The translations under genes and the position numbers were made by a program. From positions 1,735 to 65,734 of the forward strand of contig JAHFRQ010000011.1 in NCBI GenBank assembly GCA_023266215.1: DNA of 64,000 nucleotides. The letters are read 5' to 3'. Below are positions 46,851-57,204 of the stretch, one piece after another. Numbering within the stretch: position 1 is the stretch's first letter; each line of letters opens with the position of its first letter. Below the pieces are notes generated by a model that was not told where the DNA came from, did no database searches, and was given only the letters and a program-made list of their open reading frames with translations. Origin of the DNA: Gammaproteobacteria bacterium (GTDB lineage: Bacteria > Pseudomonadota > Gammaproteobacteria > Coxiellales > Coxiellaceae).

Positions 46851-47612
46851 ATGAAAAACATATTTGAACAACAAGGGTATTTGAAATTAAAAATTAATCC
46901 ATTATTTTTAGCATCTAAAGCGCAGGATGAAATAGAAATTATTAGAAATAATTTTGATTCTTTAACCAAGGATCCTTATTCGGAAACGCGCAGTAATAGA
47001 TTTAGATCTTATTCTAACTTAATTATTTTGCCCTGGGACAGAAAAATTATTTGGCTGCCATTGGAAAATAAAAGTGGACGTTATGTTTCATCTTATTGGC
47101 AGGGTGGTTTTAATCCTGAGCATGTGGGTGCGTGCAGAAGCTTTACGCCATTATCTACTGAGGTAAAAAACACTAACCTATTAAATAATTTAATTTTACA
47201 TGATTTTGATCTCACATTTTGGAAAACAGGCAATACTTTGCCAATCTATGTAGGCGTCCATTTTGTGAAATTGTTAGTTATGGAAAAAAATGAAATTGCT
47301 TTCTCTTCTCCTGATTTATTGCATAGAGATGGCGAGGCTTTTACTTTCGCGCATTTATTTCAACGCAAGAACGTTCAAGGTGGCGTAAATTATATTTCAA
47401 CTCCGGAGCTTGCCAATAATAAAATAGGAGATGTTCCAGAAGATAAAATATTGATGAAGTTTGAATTGCATGAACCATTCGAAAGCTACGCGGTATGTGA
47501 TGAAATGGTTAGTCATTATGTTTCTCCTATTAAAATTGATAACCCAGAATTGTCCTGCGGGGTTAGAGAAATAATGCTGATTGATTTTTCTAATATGCAA
47601 CAACAAATATAG
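46851..47612 (+). CDS. 2OG-Fe dioxygenase family protein (PF10014-like)
   Basis: 253 aa with an HxD facial-triad candidate (LLHRDGEAF) and a downstream His (VSHYVSP). The overall pattern resembles the isoleucine-dioxygenase-type family. Confidence 0.5.
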   Translation: MKNIFEQQGYLKLKINPLFLASKAQDEIEIIRNNFDSLTKDPYSETRSNRFRSYSNLIILPWDRKIIWLPLENKSGRYVSSYWQGGFNPEHVGACRSFTPLSTEVKNTNLLNNLILHDFDLTFWKTGNTLPIYVGVHFVKLLVMEKNEIAFSSPDLLHRDGEAFTFAHLFQRKNVQGGVNYISTPELANNKIGDVPEDKILMKFELHEPFESYAVCDEMVSHYVSPIKIDNPELSCGVREIMLIDFSNMQQQI

Positions 47613-47620
47613 GATTTTTT

Positions 47621-48538
47621 ATGCTGCAATTATTTTCCATCTTGCTTGCACTAATTGCAGGGCACTCTTGTCGGAAGCTCCCTGTCTCGCAGGGAGTTTT
47701 AAATGCCATTCTTAATGCCTCGGTTTTAATTATTTTATTTATCATGGGGTATGATTTTGGTGGTAGTGCATCCAGCATGTTGACAGAAATTTTAAAATTA
47801 TTAAAGCAAGTTATCACGTTTACATTTTTTTTATTGCTATTTAACTTTTCATTTTGCGCTATTTTTGATTGCTTTCAATCTAAAAAGCGTCCACAAGTCA
47901 TATTAAAACCCAATCTCCATTTTTTATCAGCTATTTTTTCCAGTGGAAAATATGTTTTATATGTGATTGGCGGCATCACAGTCGGATACTTTCTGAAATT
48001 TAATATCAATTTTACTTATCTTGATACAGTCATAAGCATTATTCTTTTTATTATTTTATTTATTATTGGGCATCAACTAAGGCTGCAAGGCATTTCATTA
48101 AAAAATATTCTTGCGAATAAATTAGGTTTTGTGATTGCGCTCATTATTATTATCAGCTCTTTTTTAGCGGCGATAGTTTGCTCAGAAATACTCAATCTTA
48201 ATTTGAAATCAGCTCTTATGTTGTCGTCAGGTTTCGGCTGGTATACTTTATCAGGCATTTTAAATGGACAGCTTATCAGTCACACAATGGGAACCACTTC
48301 ATTTTTTATCGATTTTTTCAGGGAAATTATTGCTATTTTATTAATCCCTGCGTTGGGCACAAGGTATTCAATTCCAATAATAGGTTATTGTGGTGCTACG
48401 GCACTAGATTTTACTTTGCCGATTATTAAAGAAAATTTGGGTGATGCAAAAGTACCTATTGCAATTACAAGCGGCATGATACTAACAGTGCTTGTGCCTT
48501 TATTGATTCCGTTGATTGCATCTTTGGGGATTTTATAA
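47621..48538 (+). CDS. lysO: Lysine exporter LysO (YbjE/DUF340) family protein
   Basis: SSGFGWYTLSGIL...FFREIIAILLIPALG...GYCGATALDFTLPII closely parallels E. coli YbjE. Confidence 0.8.
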   Translation: MLQLFSILLALIAGHSCRKLPVSQGVLNAILNASVLIILFIMGYDFGGSASSMLTEILKLLKQVITFTFFLLLFNFSFCAIFDCFQSKKRPQVILKPNLHFLSAIFSSGKYVLYVIGGITVGYFLKFNINFTYLDTVISIILFIILFIIGHQLRLQGISLKNILANKLGFVIALIIIISSFLAAIVCSEILNLNLKSALMLSSGFGWYTLSGILNGQLISHTMGTTSFFIDFFREIIAILLIPALGTRYSIPIIGYCGATALDFTLPIIKENLGDAKVPIAITSGMILTVLVPLLIPLIASLGIL

Positions 48539-48595
48539 TGGCTCAGGCTTTTTTTAAAGGTGGATTAAATCACAACAATCAAGAAGGTAACGATA

Positions 48596-48781
48596 ATGAA
48601 AGAAATTGAATTAAGTTTATTAGTAGCGGGAAAGCCGGAAGAGAAGAAAAATGATTACGTAAAATTTGGCATATGTTGCGGTTCGGGATTCTTTTGTGGA
48701 TATGAGAGACGGAAACAACCTGAGACAGCATATCAAGTACCGAAAATAGAGCAGTCAAAGCGCTCGTGTGCGATTCAATAG
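48596..48781 (+). CDS. Candidate small Cys-rich peptide (61 aa)
   Basis: GAAGG lies 9 nt upstream of the ATG. Contains GICCGSGFFCG. No family recognised, so it could be non-coding. Confidence 0.25.
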   Translation: MKEIELSLLVAGKPEEKKNDYVKFGICCGSGFFCGYERRKQPETAYQVPKIEQSKRSCAIQ

Positions 48782-49007
48782 CGTAGTTCTAAAAAATTGT
48801 AAATGACAAAAAATAATAAAAGCATGAAAACAGAAATTATTAAATTGATAAACATAATATAGAACGCAATGAACGTTATAGCTATTTTTTGACATTGATT
48901 AAAATGAAAATATTTTTAAAGAAAAATTTTTGTATTAATATCTGGAAAATATGTCTGAGCATTAAAGGTAGTTTCGTAATTTAACAACAAAAAACCAGGA
49001 GCAACAC

Positions 49008-49814
49008 ATGAGCACAACAACAACCGAAACAAAAATCGAAGACAATCATCACTCCGCTTTCGACTATCCAACTTGGGGTCTTGCTGAAAATACAGATTTA
49101 TTTCCAGCGGAAATAATCATGCAATTATCGATTGAAAAAATTGCAACAGCAGTTGGAATATTAACCAAACATGTTAATTTAACGGGTTATGCGTTAAAAA
49201 ATTCGGGCGGTATTAAACATTATCAAGGAAAAAATTTAGATGCATTGCAATTAGTTTGGTTGCGATTTGAAAGGGCTGATAAAAAAAATAATGGAATCAT
49301 GGGCGAGCATATTAGTGCGACAATTGATGTTGCAAAACATAAAATAATGGGATTTACTCGCATGCAAGCTGAATTATTAGGCGATGCGTTTGTGAGTCAT
49401 CAATTAGCTTTAACAAAAGCAATTGAATTTTTAAAATTAGCAGCTGCAGATTTAGTGCCGCATGATGTCGTTATTCCTGAAATTAATAGTTTACATTCAG
49501 GCTCGCGCTATGAGTTTTCACCCGAACTTAAAATAGGCAATGTTGAAGTTCACTGGATTGATGATCACAAAGAAGATCTTATCATTGAAGCTCAACCTAT
49601 TGCAGTGCATGGCATGAAAGTAAAAATGTTTATTCCGTTAACTAATTTATGGGCGTGGGTTATCGTTGATAAAAACGGTGAAATTGAAACATTTGAAAGA
49701 AATATTTTTTGGAATTTTAAAGAATTTCGCCGAGAAACACAAATGTTCTTGCATGATAAGTGGTTGGATGCGCAAGGTATTTTTGGATTAAAACAAATGA
49801 AAATAGTAAAGTAA
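49008..49814 (+). CDS. Hypothetical protein (268 aa)
   Basis: Long ORF with RBS CCAGGAG, preceded by a 226-bp very AT-rich intergenic region. No signal peptide and no recognised family. Confidence 0.45.
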   Translation: MSTTTTETKIEDNHHSAFDYPTWGLAENTDLFPAEIIMQLSIEKIATAVGILTKHVNLTGYALKNSGGIKHYQGKNLDALQLVWLRFERADKKNNGIMGEHISATIDVAKHKIMGFTRMQAELLGDAFVSHQLALTKAIEFLKLAAADLVPHDVVIPEINSLHSGSRYEFSPELKIGNVEVHWIDDHKEDLIIEAQPIAVHGMKVKMFIPLTNLWAWVIVDKNGEIETFERNIFWNFKEFRRETQMFLHDKWLDAQGIFGLKQMKIVK

Positions 49815-49828
49815 TTTTGAGATAAAAT

Positions 49829-50989
49829 ATGAGTTGTATTACTGAAGTATCTGAATTAATTAGACAAGAAATTGCAGATGGCCGCATTGTTGGAACCAGC
49901 GTGATTGTCGCTAAAAACGGTGTTGTTATTCACGAAGAGCATGCAGGTCTTGCTGATCGCGAAATGAAAAAACCCGTAACGGAAGAAACTATATTTCGTT
50001 TATCTAGTTTAACAAAACCAATTGTAAGTGCTGCTGCGTTAGCGTTAATCGAAAAGGGCATTTTAAATTTCGAAGATCCGGTTATTCGATATTTGCCTGA
50101 TTTCAGGCCAAAATTAGCCAGTGGTGAAGAGCCTGTTGTTACATTGCATCATCTACTAACCCACACTTCTGGATTGATGTATGGATTTTTGTCTCCGAAC
50201 AATGAGCCATATGCATCAGCCGGTATTTCTGATGGCCTGGATGTTGTGGAATTATCGTTAGCGGAAAATTTACGAAAATTAGCGAGTGTTCCATTAAAGT
50301 AAGCGCCTGGAACGAGCTGGGATTATTCATTAGCAACAGATGTTTTAGGTGCAGTATTGGAAAAAGCATGTGAAAAATCCCTCCCGATTATCATAGAAGA
50401 ATTAGTCACGAGACCTCTCGGCATGACAAATTCTAAATTCTATTTTGACGCGAGCGATAATAGATTAGCTACAGCTTATGCTAATCATCACGACCATGCT
50501 GAAAACGTGCGAAAAATGCTGGATTCAGATGCGGTTATATTTTTTGGTCCTGAAATTCGCTATACACCCGGTCGAATCAGCAACCCTCATGCTTATCCAT
50601 CTGGTGGAGCGGGCATGGCAGGAACAGCGGCAGATTATTTAAAATTCCTAGAAGCAATTCGAAATGATGGCGTTGGATTAAATGGTGTTCGCATTCTTTC
50701 AGCAGACTCGGTTGAATTAATGACTACCGACTTGGTTCCAGATTTTGAAGTAGGTGCAGCAGGACCTGGTTTTGGCTTTGGAATGGGATTTGCAGTTTTG
50801 CGAGACTCAGAAAAAGCAGGCACTCCTAGAAAATTAGGCACTTTTGAGTGGGGTGGTGTGTATGGCAATAAAATGTTTGTCGATCCCAGGTCAGAATTGA
50901 CAGTCGTCATTTTGACTAACAATGCCGTCTATGGATTGATGAATTTCCCCGGTCTTTTGACTGAAAGGATTTATCAGGGGTTATCGTAA
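49829..50989 (+). pseudogene. Serine hydrolase / class C beta-lactamase-like (PBP4*-type) gene interrupted by one in-frame TAA
   Basis: SxxK motif (SSLTKP). ORFs 49829-50302 and 50357-50989 are in the same frame. A single TAA at 50300-50302 sits inside the conserved PL.x.PGTSWDYS block. Confidence 0.7.
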
Positions 50990-51084
50990 TTATTTAGCCC
51001 CTCACAGAAATTAACTAGAAAGTTCCCTCTCCTGCAAGCGCTTTTTGCGCAGCGGGAGAGGGACAGGGTGAGGGGCTGAATAAT
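50987..51084 (+). repeat. Family-1 repeat, copy c: complete ORF-less palindromic unit
   Basis: Outer arms AATTATTTAGCCCCTCAC (50987-51004) and GTGAGGGGCTGAATAATT (51067-51084) enclose the inner hairpin TCCCTCTCCTGC...GCGGGAGAGGGA. Overlaps the hydrolase stop codon. Confidence 0.8.
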
Positions 51085-51204
51085 TACCTTTAATCAATTA
51101 AAACCGAGTTAACATGGCACCCACGACAATAAAAATCACTAGATTTACGCACATAACTCATGCATTATTAGCAATAAAATAATTTTTGAGAATTCAAGAG
51201 GGCA

Positions 51205-51729
51205 GTGATGAAAGTATTTTCAACAGGAATTTTAAATGGATATTTTGATGATCGATTTGGTCATCGCGGTGAGCAATTTTTAAAAAATATAAAGCCAAGT
51301 CGTTCATTTCAATTAGGGTGGAGTGATTTGCCAGCGGGTACAAAAACATTGGCCGTGATTTTTATCGATTACGATGCCATTCCTGTTTGTGGTTTTCCGT
51401 GGATACATTGGACCGTTGCAAATATTGATCCAGCGTTGGGTGAGCTGTCGGAAAATGCAAGCGTTGAAAAAAATTTATTAGAAGGCGTTACGAGCTGGAG
51501 CTCACCGATTATTCCGGCAGACTTCAAGCTCAGTAGAGAGGACGATGCAGGTTTTGGTGGATGTGCGCCACCTGATAAAGCGCATGAATACTCAGTTGAT
51601 GTTTATGCGCTGGATACAACACTTAATTTAAAGCGCGGGTTTTATATGAATGATTTGCTAAAAGCAATGCAAGGCCATATCTTAGATAAGGCTACGGTTG
51701 TTGGCTTGTACAAAACTAAGGAAAATTAA
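51205..51729 (+). CDS. YbhB/YbcL (PEBP/Raf-kinase-inhibitor-like) family protein
   Basis: IDYDAIPVCGFPWIHWTVANI and PPDKAHEYSVDVYALD match PEBP signatures. Confidence 0.75.
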   Translation: MMKVFSTGILNGYFDDRFGHRGEQFLKNIKPSRSFQLGWSDLPAGTKTLAVIFIDYDAIPVCGFPWIHWTVANIDPALGELSENASVEKNLLEGVTSWSSPIIPADFKLSREDDAGFGGCAPPDKAHEYSVDVYALDTTLNLKRGFYMNDLLKAMQGHILDKATVVGLYKTKEN

Positions 51730-51760
51730 ATTTTAATTATTTAAATTTTAGGAATCTCCC

Positions 51761-52174
51761 ATGCAATCCACAGTATTTTCATATCCCATCACGATTAAAG
51801 AAGGTTATTTAGATACATTTGGACACGTGAATAATGCAATGTATCTTGTTTTATTTGAAGAGGCGCGCTGGGATTTGGTGACTAAAAATGGTTTTGGGAT
51901 GAAAAAAATTCAAGAAACAGGTTTAGGACCCACAATTCTTGAAATCAAATTGCGGTTTATAAAAGAATTAAGATTGCGTGAAAAAATTATTATTGAGACA
52001 AAAATGATTTCTTACCAAAAGAAAATAGGCGTGTTGTCGCAAAAAATGATTCGCGATAACGAAGTGTGTTGCGAAGCAGAATTGAAGATCAGTCTTTTTA
52101 GTGTAGCGGAACGCAAGTTGGTTTCGCCCACGCCAGAATGGTTAAAGGCAGTGGGAATTGAAAAGTTAGATTAA
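51761..52174 (+). CDS. Acyl-CoA thioesterase, 4HBT/YbgC-like hotdog fold
   Basis: 137 aa. DTFGHVNNAMYLVLFEEAR is the catalytic-Asp region typical of YbgC/4HBT. Confidence 0.75.
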   Translation: MQSTVFSYPITIKEGYLDTFGHVNNAMYLVLFEEARWDLVTKNGFGMKKIQETGLGPTILEIKLRFIKELRLREKIIIETKMISYQKKIGVLSQKMIRDNEVCCEAELKISLFSVAERKLVSPTPEWLKAVGIEKLD

Positions 52175-52178
52175 GCGA

Positions 52179-54950
52179 TTATAACTTTTCAATAGTGTCA
52201 CACTGCGTTTTTAATTTCTCAAGTAACTTCTGATTGGTATCAAATTGCATTTTTACATCTAAAACAACTTGTTCTGGTGCTTTATCAACAAAGGCTTTGT
52301 TATTCAATCGCGTTTGTGTTTGTAGTTGCGATTTTTCAAGTCGATCAATTTCTTTTTGCAGTCGCGATAATTCAGCCTGTTTGTCAATTAAGTCTGCCAG
52401 CGGAATGTGAATTTCAAGCTCGTCGCATAGCGCAGTTGCAGAATCAGGGATTTTTTCAGCGGGATTTCTAAAAATAATATTTTCTATTTTTGCAAGTGCC
52501 TTTAAATAATAGCTATATTTTTCTGTCAAAATCTTATCGTTTGCATTTCCCTTGTCTAAAATCACTGTAATTTTTTTTCCGGGTGAAATATTGATTTCTC
52601 CACGAATGTTGCGAATTGCAATAATTACTTTTTGAATCCATGCCATGGCAGTATCGGCCTCAACGTCTATTTTAGTAGTATCAATAGCAGGATAAGGCTG
52701 CAACATAATGGTTCCGCCTTTAATATTTAATACAGGCGCGACTTTTTGCCAAATGGATTCGGTTATGAAAGGCATTAATGGATGCAGCAATCGCATCATA
52801 TTTTCTAGAACAAAAACAAGTGTATAGCGCGTGCCGTCTGAATTTTCCGCCGCTAAATCACATTTTGATAATTCCAGATACCAATCGCAGTATTCATTCC
52901 ACACAAATTCATATAAAACTTTTGCCAAATAATCAAAGCGATAATCAACAAAAGCCTCGTGCGCCGCTTGAATAGTTTTCTGCAATTGACTGACAATCCA
53001 GCGATCGGCGATTGTTTCTAGGACGTGATTAGCTGTTATTGCATGCTCACCCAGATTTATTAAAACAAATCGCGAGGCATTCCAAATTTTATTACAAAAA
53101 TTTCGATAGCCTGCTAATCGACCCATGTCAAAATTAATGTTGCGACCCGGTGTTGCTAAAGCACAAAAAGTGAATCTGAGTGCATCAGTGCCGTGCGGTG
53201 AAATACCATCTGGAAATTCTTTTTCAGTTTGCAGCTTTATTTTCTTTTCCATTTGCGGCTGCATTAAACCCGAGGTTCTTTTTTCAATTAAATTTTCAAG
53301 TGAAATGCCATCGACCAAATCAATCGGATCTAAAATATTACCTTTAGATTTCGACATTTTTTGTCCTAAACTGTCGCGAATTAATCCTGTAATATAAATT
53401 TGCCTAAATGGTATGTTGTTCGCTAGTTTTATTCCCATCATGACCATGCGCGCCACCCAGAAGAAAATAATATCAAAGCCGGTGACCAGTACATTGGTTG
53501 GATAAAAAGTATTAAAATCAGGTGTTTTTTCGGGCCAGCCTAATGTTGCAAAAGGCCATAATGAAGCTGAAAACCAGGTATCTAACACATCGTTATCTTG
53601 AGTTAATTTAAAATCATCTGATAATTTATATTTTTCGCGCACTGCTTTTTCATGATGTGCCACGTAAATTTTTCCTGCTTCATCGTACCAAACGGGAATG
53701 CGATGTCCCCACCATAATTGACGACTGATGCACCAGTCTTGAATATTCTCGAGCCATTGCAAATAAGTATTACTCCAATTTTCTGGAATAAATTCAATAT
53801 GATTTTCTTTCAGTGCATTAATAGCTTCTTTTGCCATGCCATCCATTTTGACAAACCATTGATCCATTAATAAAGGCTCAACAACACAGCCAGAGCGATC
53901 GCCGCGCGGAATTTTATGTCGATAATCCTCTGTTTTTTCCAATAAATTAAGCGCTGTTAAATCAGCAATAATATTTTTGCGCGCAACAAAACGATCTAAG
54001 CCTATATATTTCTCAGGTGCATTATTATTTATTTTTGCGTCAGGCGTCATGATATTAATTGATTCTAATTGATGACGAAGCCCCATTTGATAATCATTAA
54101 AATCGTGCGCAGGCGTAATTTTAACGCAGCCCGTTCCAAATGTAGGGTCGACATAATCATCTGCAATAATAGGTATAAAACGATTTGTTAGTGGCAATTT
54201 TATTTTTTGTCCAATGAGATGCTTGTATCTTGCGTCTTCAGGATGCACGGCAACGGCGGTGTCACCTAACATCGTTTCAGGACGCGTGGTTGCAACAATA
54301 ATAATTTCATTATTTATTTCATTGGTGTTTTCAATCGGATACTTAATATGCCATAAGTGTCCCGCTTCTTCTTCGCTGGATACTTCTAAATCCGAAATAG
54401 CGGTTTGTAATTGGGGGTCCCAGTTGACTAATTTTTTACCGCGATAAATCAAACCTTCATCATATAATCTGACAAACGCTTCCATCGTTGCGCGCGACAC
54501 ATTATCGTCCATACTAAAGCGCTCACGCGTCCAATCCATCGATGCGCCCAAACGACGAATTTGCTGCGTGATGGTTTGGCCTGATTGATGACGCCATGAC
54601 CATACTTTTTTTAAAAATGCATCGCGACCCAAGTCGTGGCGAGAAATATTGTCTTTGGCAAGCTGTCTTTCAACCACCATCTGTGTGGCAATCCCGGCAT
54701 GATCCGTTCCGGCTTGCCAATGCGTATTGTCACCTTGCATGCGATGATAACGAATCAGAGCGTCCATTAAAGTACACTGAAAACCGTGACCCATATGCAA
54801 CGTGCCAGTCACATTCGGTGGTGGCAGCATAATGCAATAGGGATTGCCGGAGCCACTTTGCTCAAAAAATCCTTCTTTTTCCCAAAAATTTGCCCAATGG
54901 GATTCGATTTCTGCTGGTTGGTAGGTTTTTTCTAGTTCAATATCGCTCAT
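52179..54950 (-). CDS. valS: Valine--tRNA ligase
   Basis: HIGH-type motif PPPNVTGTLHMGH, KMSKS motif, and a C-terminal coiled coil. Start placed at ATG 54950 (MSDIELEKTYQP). Confidence 0.95.
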   Translation of the reverse strand: MSDIELEKTYQPAEIESHWANFWEKEGFFEQSGSGNPYCIMLPPPNVTGTLHMGHGFQCTLMDALIRYHRMQGDNTHWQAGTDHAGIATQMVVERQLAKDNISRHDLGRDAFLKKVWSWRHQSGQTITQQIRRLGASMDWTRERFSMDDNVSRATMEAFVRLYDEGLIYRGKKLVNWDPQLQTAISDLEVSSEEEAGHLWHIKYPIENTNEINNEIIIVATTRPETMLGDTAVAVHPEDARYKHLIGQKIKLPLTNRFIPIIADDYVDPTFGTGCVKITPAHDFNDYQMGLRHQLESINIMTPDAKINNNAPEKYIGLDRFVARKNIIADLTALNLLEKTEDYRHKIPRGDRSGCVVEPLLMDQWFVKMDGMAKEAINALKENHIEFIPENWSNTYLQWLENIQDWCISRQLWWGHRIPVWYDEAGKIYVAHHEKAVREKYKLSDDFKLTQDNDVLDTWFSASLWPFATLGWPEKTPDFNTFYPTNVLVTGFDIIFFWVARMVMMGIKLANNIPFRQIYITGLIRDSLGQKMSKSKGNILDPIDLVDGISLENLIEKRTSGLMQPQMEKKIKLQTEKEFPDGISPHGTDALRFTFCALATPGRNINFDMGRLAGYRNFCNKIWNASRFVLINLGEHAITANHVLETIADRWIVSQLQKTIQAAHEAFVDYRFDYLAKVLYEFVWNEYCDWYLELSKCDLAAENSDGTRYTLVFVLENMMRLLHPLMPFITESIWQKVAPVLNIKGGTIMLQPYPAIDTTKIDVEADTAMAWIQKVIIAIRNIRGEINISPGKKITVILDKGNANDKILTEKYSYYLKALAKIENIIFRNPAEKIPDSATALCDELEIHIPLADLIDKQAELSRLQKEIDRLEKSQLQTQTRLNNKAFVDKAPEQVVLDVKMQFDTNQKLLEKLKTQCDTIEKL

Positions 54951-55021
54951 GTTGAGTGCCACACCTTAATCATTCTGGTAAAATTAGACCGATATTGTTC
55001 CATAAAAGGCGTGTCTTGTCA

Positions 55022-56143
55022 GTGATCATTTTTCGTTATCTCTCTAAAGAAATTCTGGCAACGCTTTTGGCGGCGACTATGGTGCTACTCGTCATTTTTA
55101 TTACGAATCAGTCTGTCCAGTTTTTACAGCATGCAGCAGCGGGGCAATTGCCAGCGACGGCTATTTTGCAATTAATTATGCTGCAAATTCCGCTGTTATT
55201 GCCTTATTTATTACCGCTGGGCTTGTATTTGGGAATTTTATTAACATTGGGTCGCATGCATTTAGATTCTGAAATGACTGTGCTTTCTGCTTGCGGCATG
55301 AGTCGCGCAAAGCTAGCCGGCATGGTAATGCTGATAGCGCTCGGTGTTGCGCTGCTAGTTACGTGGCTGATGGGATCCGTTGTGCCTAAGGCGCAAGGCG
55401 AGATTAATTACATCACGAGTCGCGCAGCGGTGACAGCTTCAGTGAGCCAAGTGATTCCGGGTCGATTTATGACTTTTGGAAAAGGCGATCAGCAAATTGT
55501 TTTTTATGCCGAAAGCGTTGAGAAGCACACCGTGATGCACAATGTTTTTTTAGCAAAAGAAATTAATGACGGCGCGCATGGCGACACAGAAAAGTGGGGA
55601 GTGGTTGTGGCAAAAACAGCCATGGAGAAAAAAAATTATCATCACAATGGTAATTTTTTAATTTTTGATCACGGCTATCGTTATCTTGGCTCACCCGGTG
55701 ATAAAAATTATCAAGTCATGAAATTTGATGAATATGGATTTCGAATTAATACCAATCAAGTGCCGGCTTATAATTCGGTGCAATATTATTCTTTTTCACA
55801 ATTATGGGCTGCGAGCCCTACAGATTTGGCTGCGAGCGCTGAATTGCAATGGCGAATTGCAATGCCCATGTCTGTATTAATATTTGCGTTGATGGCATTG
55901 CCGTTGTCCGAAGTACGTCCGCGATTGGGGAAATTTACGCAATTATTTCCTGCCATTTTAATTTATGTCACCTACGCGGATTTAATTTTTTTAGCGCGTG
56001 ATTGGATTCGTACTGGAAAATTAGCGCCAGAGCCTGGCATGTTTTGGATTCATGGCGGCATGTTTTTATTGGCACTGTTATTGATTTTGTATCATATTGG
56101 CTGGCATCGCATTAAAGCTTTTTTCGCGGGAAAACATAAATGA
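55022..56143 (+). CDS. lptF: LPS export ABC transporter permease LptF
   Basis: GTG 55022 gives MIIFRYLSKEILATL, matching E. coli LptF MIIIRYLVRE. 4-nt overlap with lptG. Confidence 0.85.
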   Translation: MIIFRYLSKEILATLLAATMVLLVIFITNQSVQFLQHAAAGQLPATAILQLIMLQIPLLLPYLLPLGLYLGILLTLGRMHLDSEMTVLSACGMSRAKLAGMVMLIALGVALLVTWLMGSVVPKAQGEINYITSRAAVTASVSQVIPGRFMTFGKGDQQIVFYAESVEKHTVMHNVFLAKEINDGAHGDTEKWGVVVAKTAMEKKNYHHNGNFLIFDHGYRYLGSPGDKNYQVMKFDEYGFRINTNQVPAYNSVQYYSFSQLWAASPTDLAASAELQWRIAMPMSVLIFALMALPLSEVRPRLGKFTQLFPAILIYVTYADLIFLARDWIRTGKLAPEPGMFWIHGGMFLLALLLILYHIGWHRIKAFFAGKHK

Positions 56144-57204
56144 TATTATTGGATCGCTATATTCGACGCGAAGTCATTTGGGCAACGTTATTTGTGAGCC
56201 TTGTATTAATTGCGATTCAGAGTTTTTTGATGTTTATGCAGCAATTGCACGATCTGGGGCAAGAACAATATGGCTTGTTTCAAGTATTTATGTACGTGCC
56301 GATGCAAATGCCAACTCAGTTTTATCAGCTATTTCCCATCGCAGGATTTTTAGGATGTTTAATCGGTCTGGGCCGTTTGGCGCAAAGTAGTCAGCTGATC
56401 GTGATGCGTGCCTCAGGCGTTTCGATTGCGCGAATTGCATGGAGCGTTATTAAAACAGCTGTTTTAATGATTATTGTGGTGACCGTGATTGGCGAAGGCT
56501 TGGGACCGATTTGGCAGCAAAAATCTGAGTTGATGCGGCAGCTGGCGTTGCATACGATTTCAAGCACGGGCTTGGTGCAATCGGTGTGGCTGCGTGAAGA
56601 TAATGTTTTCACGCATATTCAACAAATAGAAACAGATACTAAAATTTCAGGATTAACGCGCTATCATTTTAATGCGCAAGGCTTAATGCAAAAAGCAACT
56701 TATGCTGACGCGGGTAAATTAATTAATGATCAGTGGGAATTGCAAAATTTAAAAACGACCGATTTTCACAAGCATCACACGACATCTTACGCGCAATCTC
56801 AAGCGCATTTAAAATTATTATTAAATCCAAATCTACAAGTGCAAATGGAAATGGGATTAACAGAGCAATCCATCACTGATTTGTATCACACGATTCAATA
56901 TCGTCAATCCATTGGATTGAGCGCGAATCAACTTATTTTTTCATTATGGCAGCGAATATTCCAGCCACTTACCTCACTGATTATGATTAGTTTAGGCGTA
57001 TTATTTGTTTTTGGTGCGCTGCGAAGTTCCAGCATGGGATCGCGTGTTTTAATGGGCGTGATTTTAGGTTTTGGTTTCTATATGTTGAATCAACTTTTTG
57101 GCCCCATATCGCTGGTTTATCAATTTCCGCCCATACTTGCCGCCGCAACACCCACGCTGATTTTTCTCGTCATATTTCTCGCGCTGCTGGGTCGGGTAAG
57201 GTGA
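56140..57204 (+). CDS. lptG: LPS export ABC transporter permease LptG
   Basis: MILLDRYIRREV..., LGRLAQSSQLIVMRASG and SLWQRIFQPL parallel E. coli LptG. Confidence 0.9.
   Translation: MILLDRYIRREVIWATLFVSLVLIAIQSFLMFMQQLHDLGQEQYGLFQVFMYVPMQMPTQFYQLFPIAGFLGCLIGLGRLAQSSQLIVMRASGVSIARIAWSVIKTAVLMIIVVTVIGEGLGPIWQQKSELMRQLALHTISSTGLVQSVWLREDNVFTHIQQIETDTKISGLTRYHFNAQGLMQKATYADAGKLINDQWELQNLKTTDFHKHHTTSYAQSQAHLKLLLNPNLQVQMEMGLTEQSITDLYHTIQYRQSIGLSANQLIFSLWQRIFQPLTSLIMISLGVLFVFGALRSSSMGSRVLMGVILGFGFYMLNQLFGPISLVYQFPPILAAATPTLIFLVIFLALLGRVR

Noticed and set aside
48930-48955. PmrA-like tandem TTAATATT box upstream of the 49008 hypothetical gene (effector-type regulation)
   Set aside because: Only one good half-site (TTAATATC) is present, and the second half (AAAATATG) matches 5/8. 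In such AT-rich DNA this is within chance expectation.
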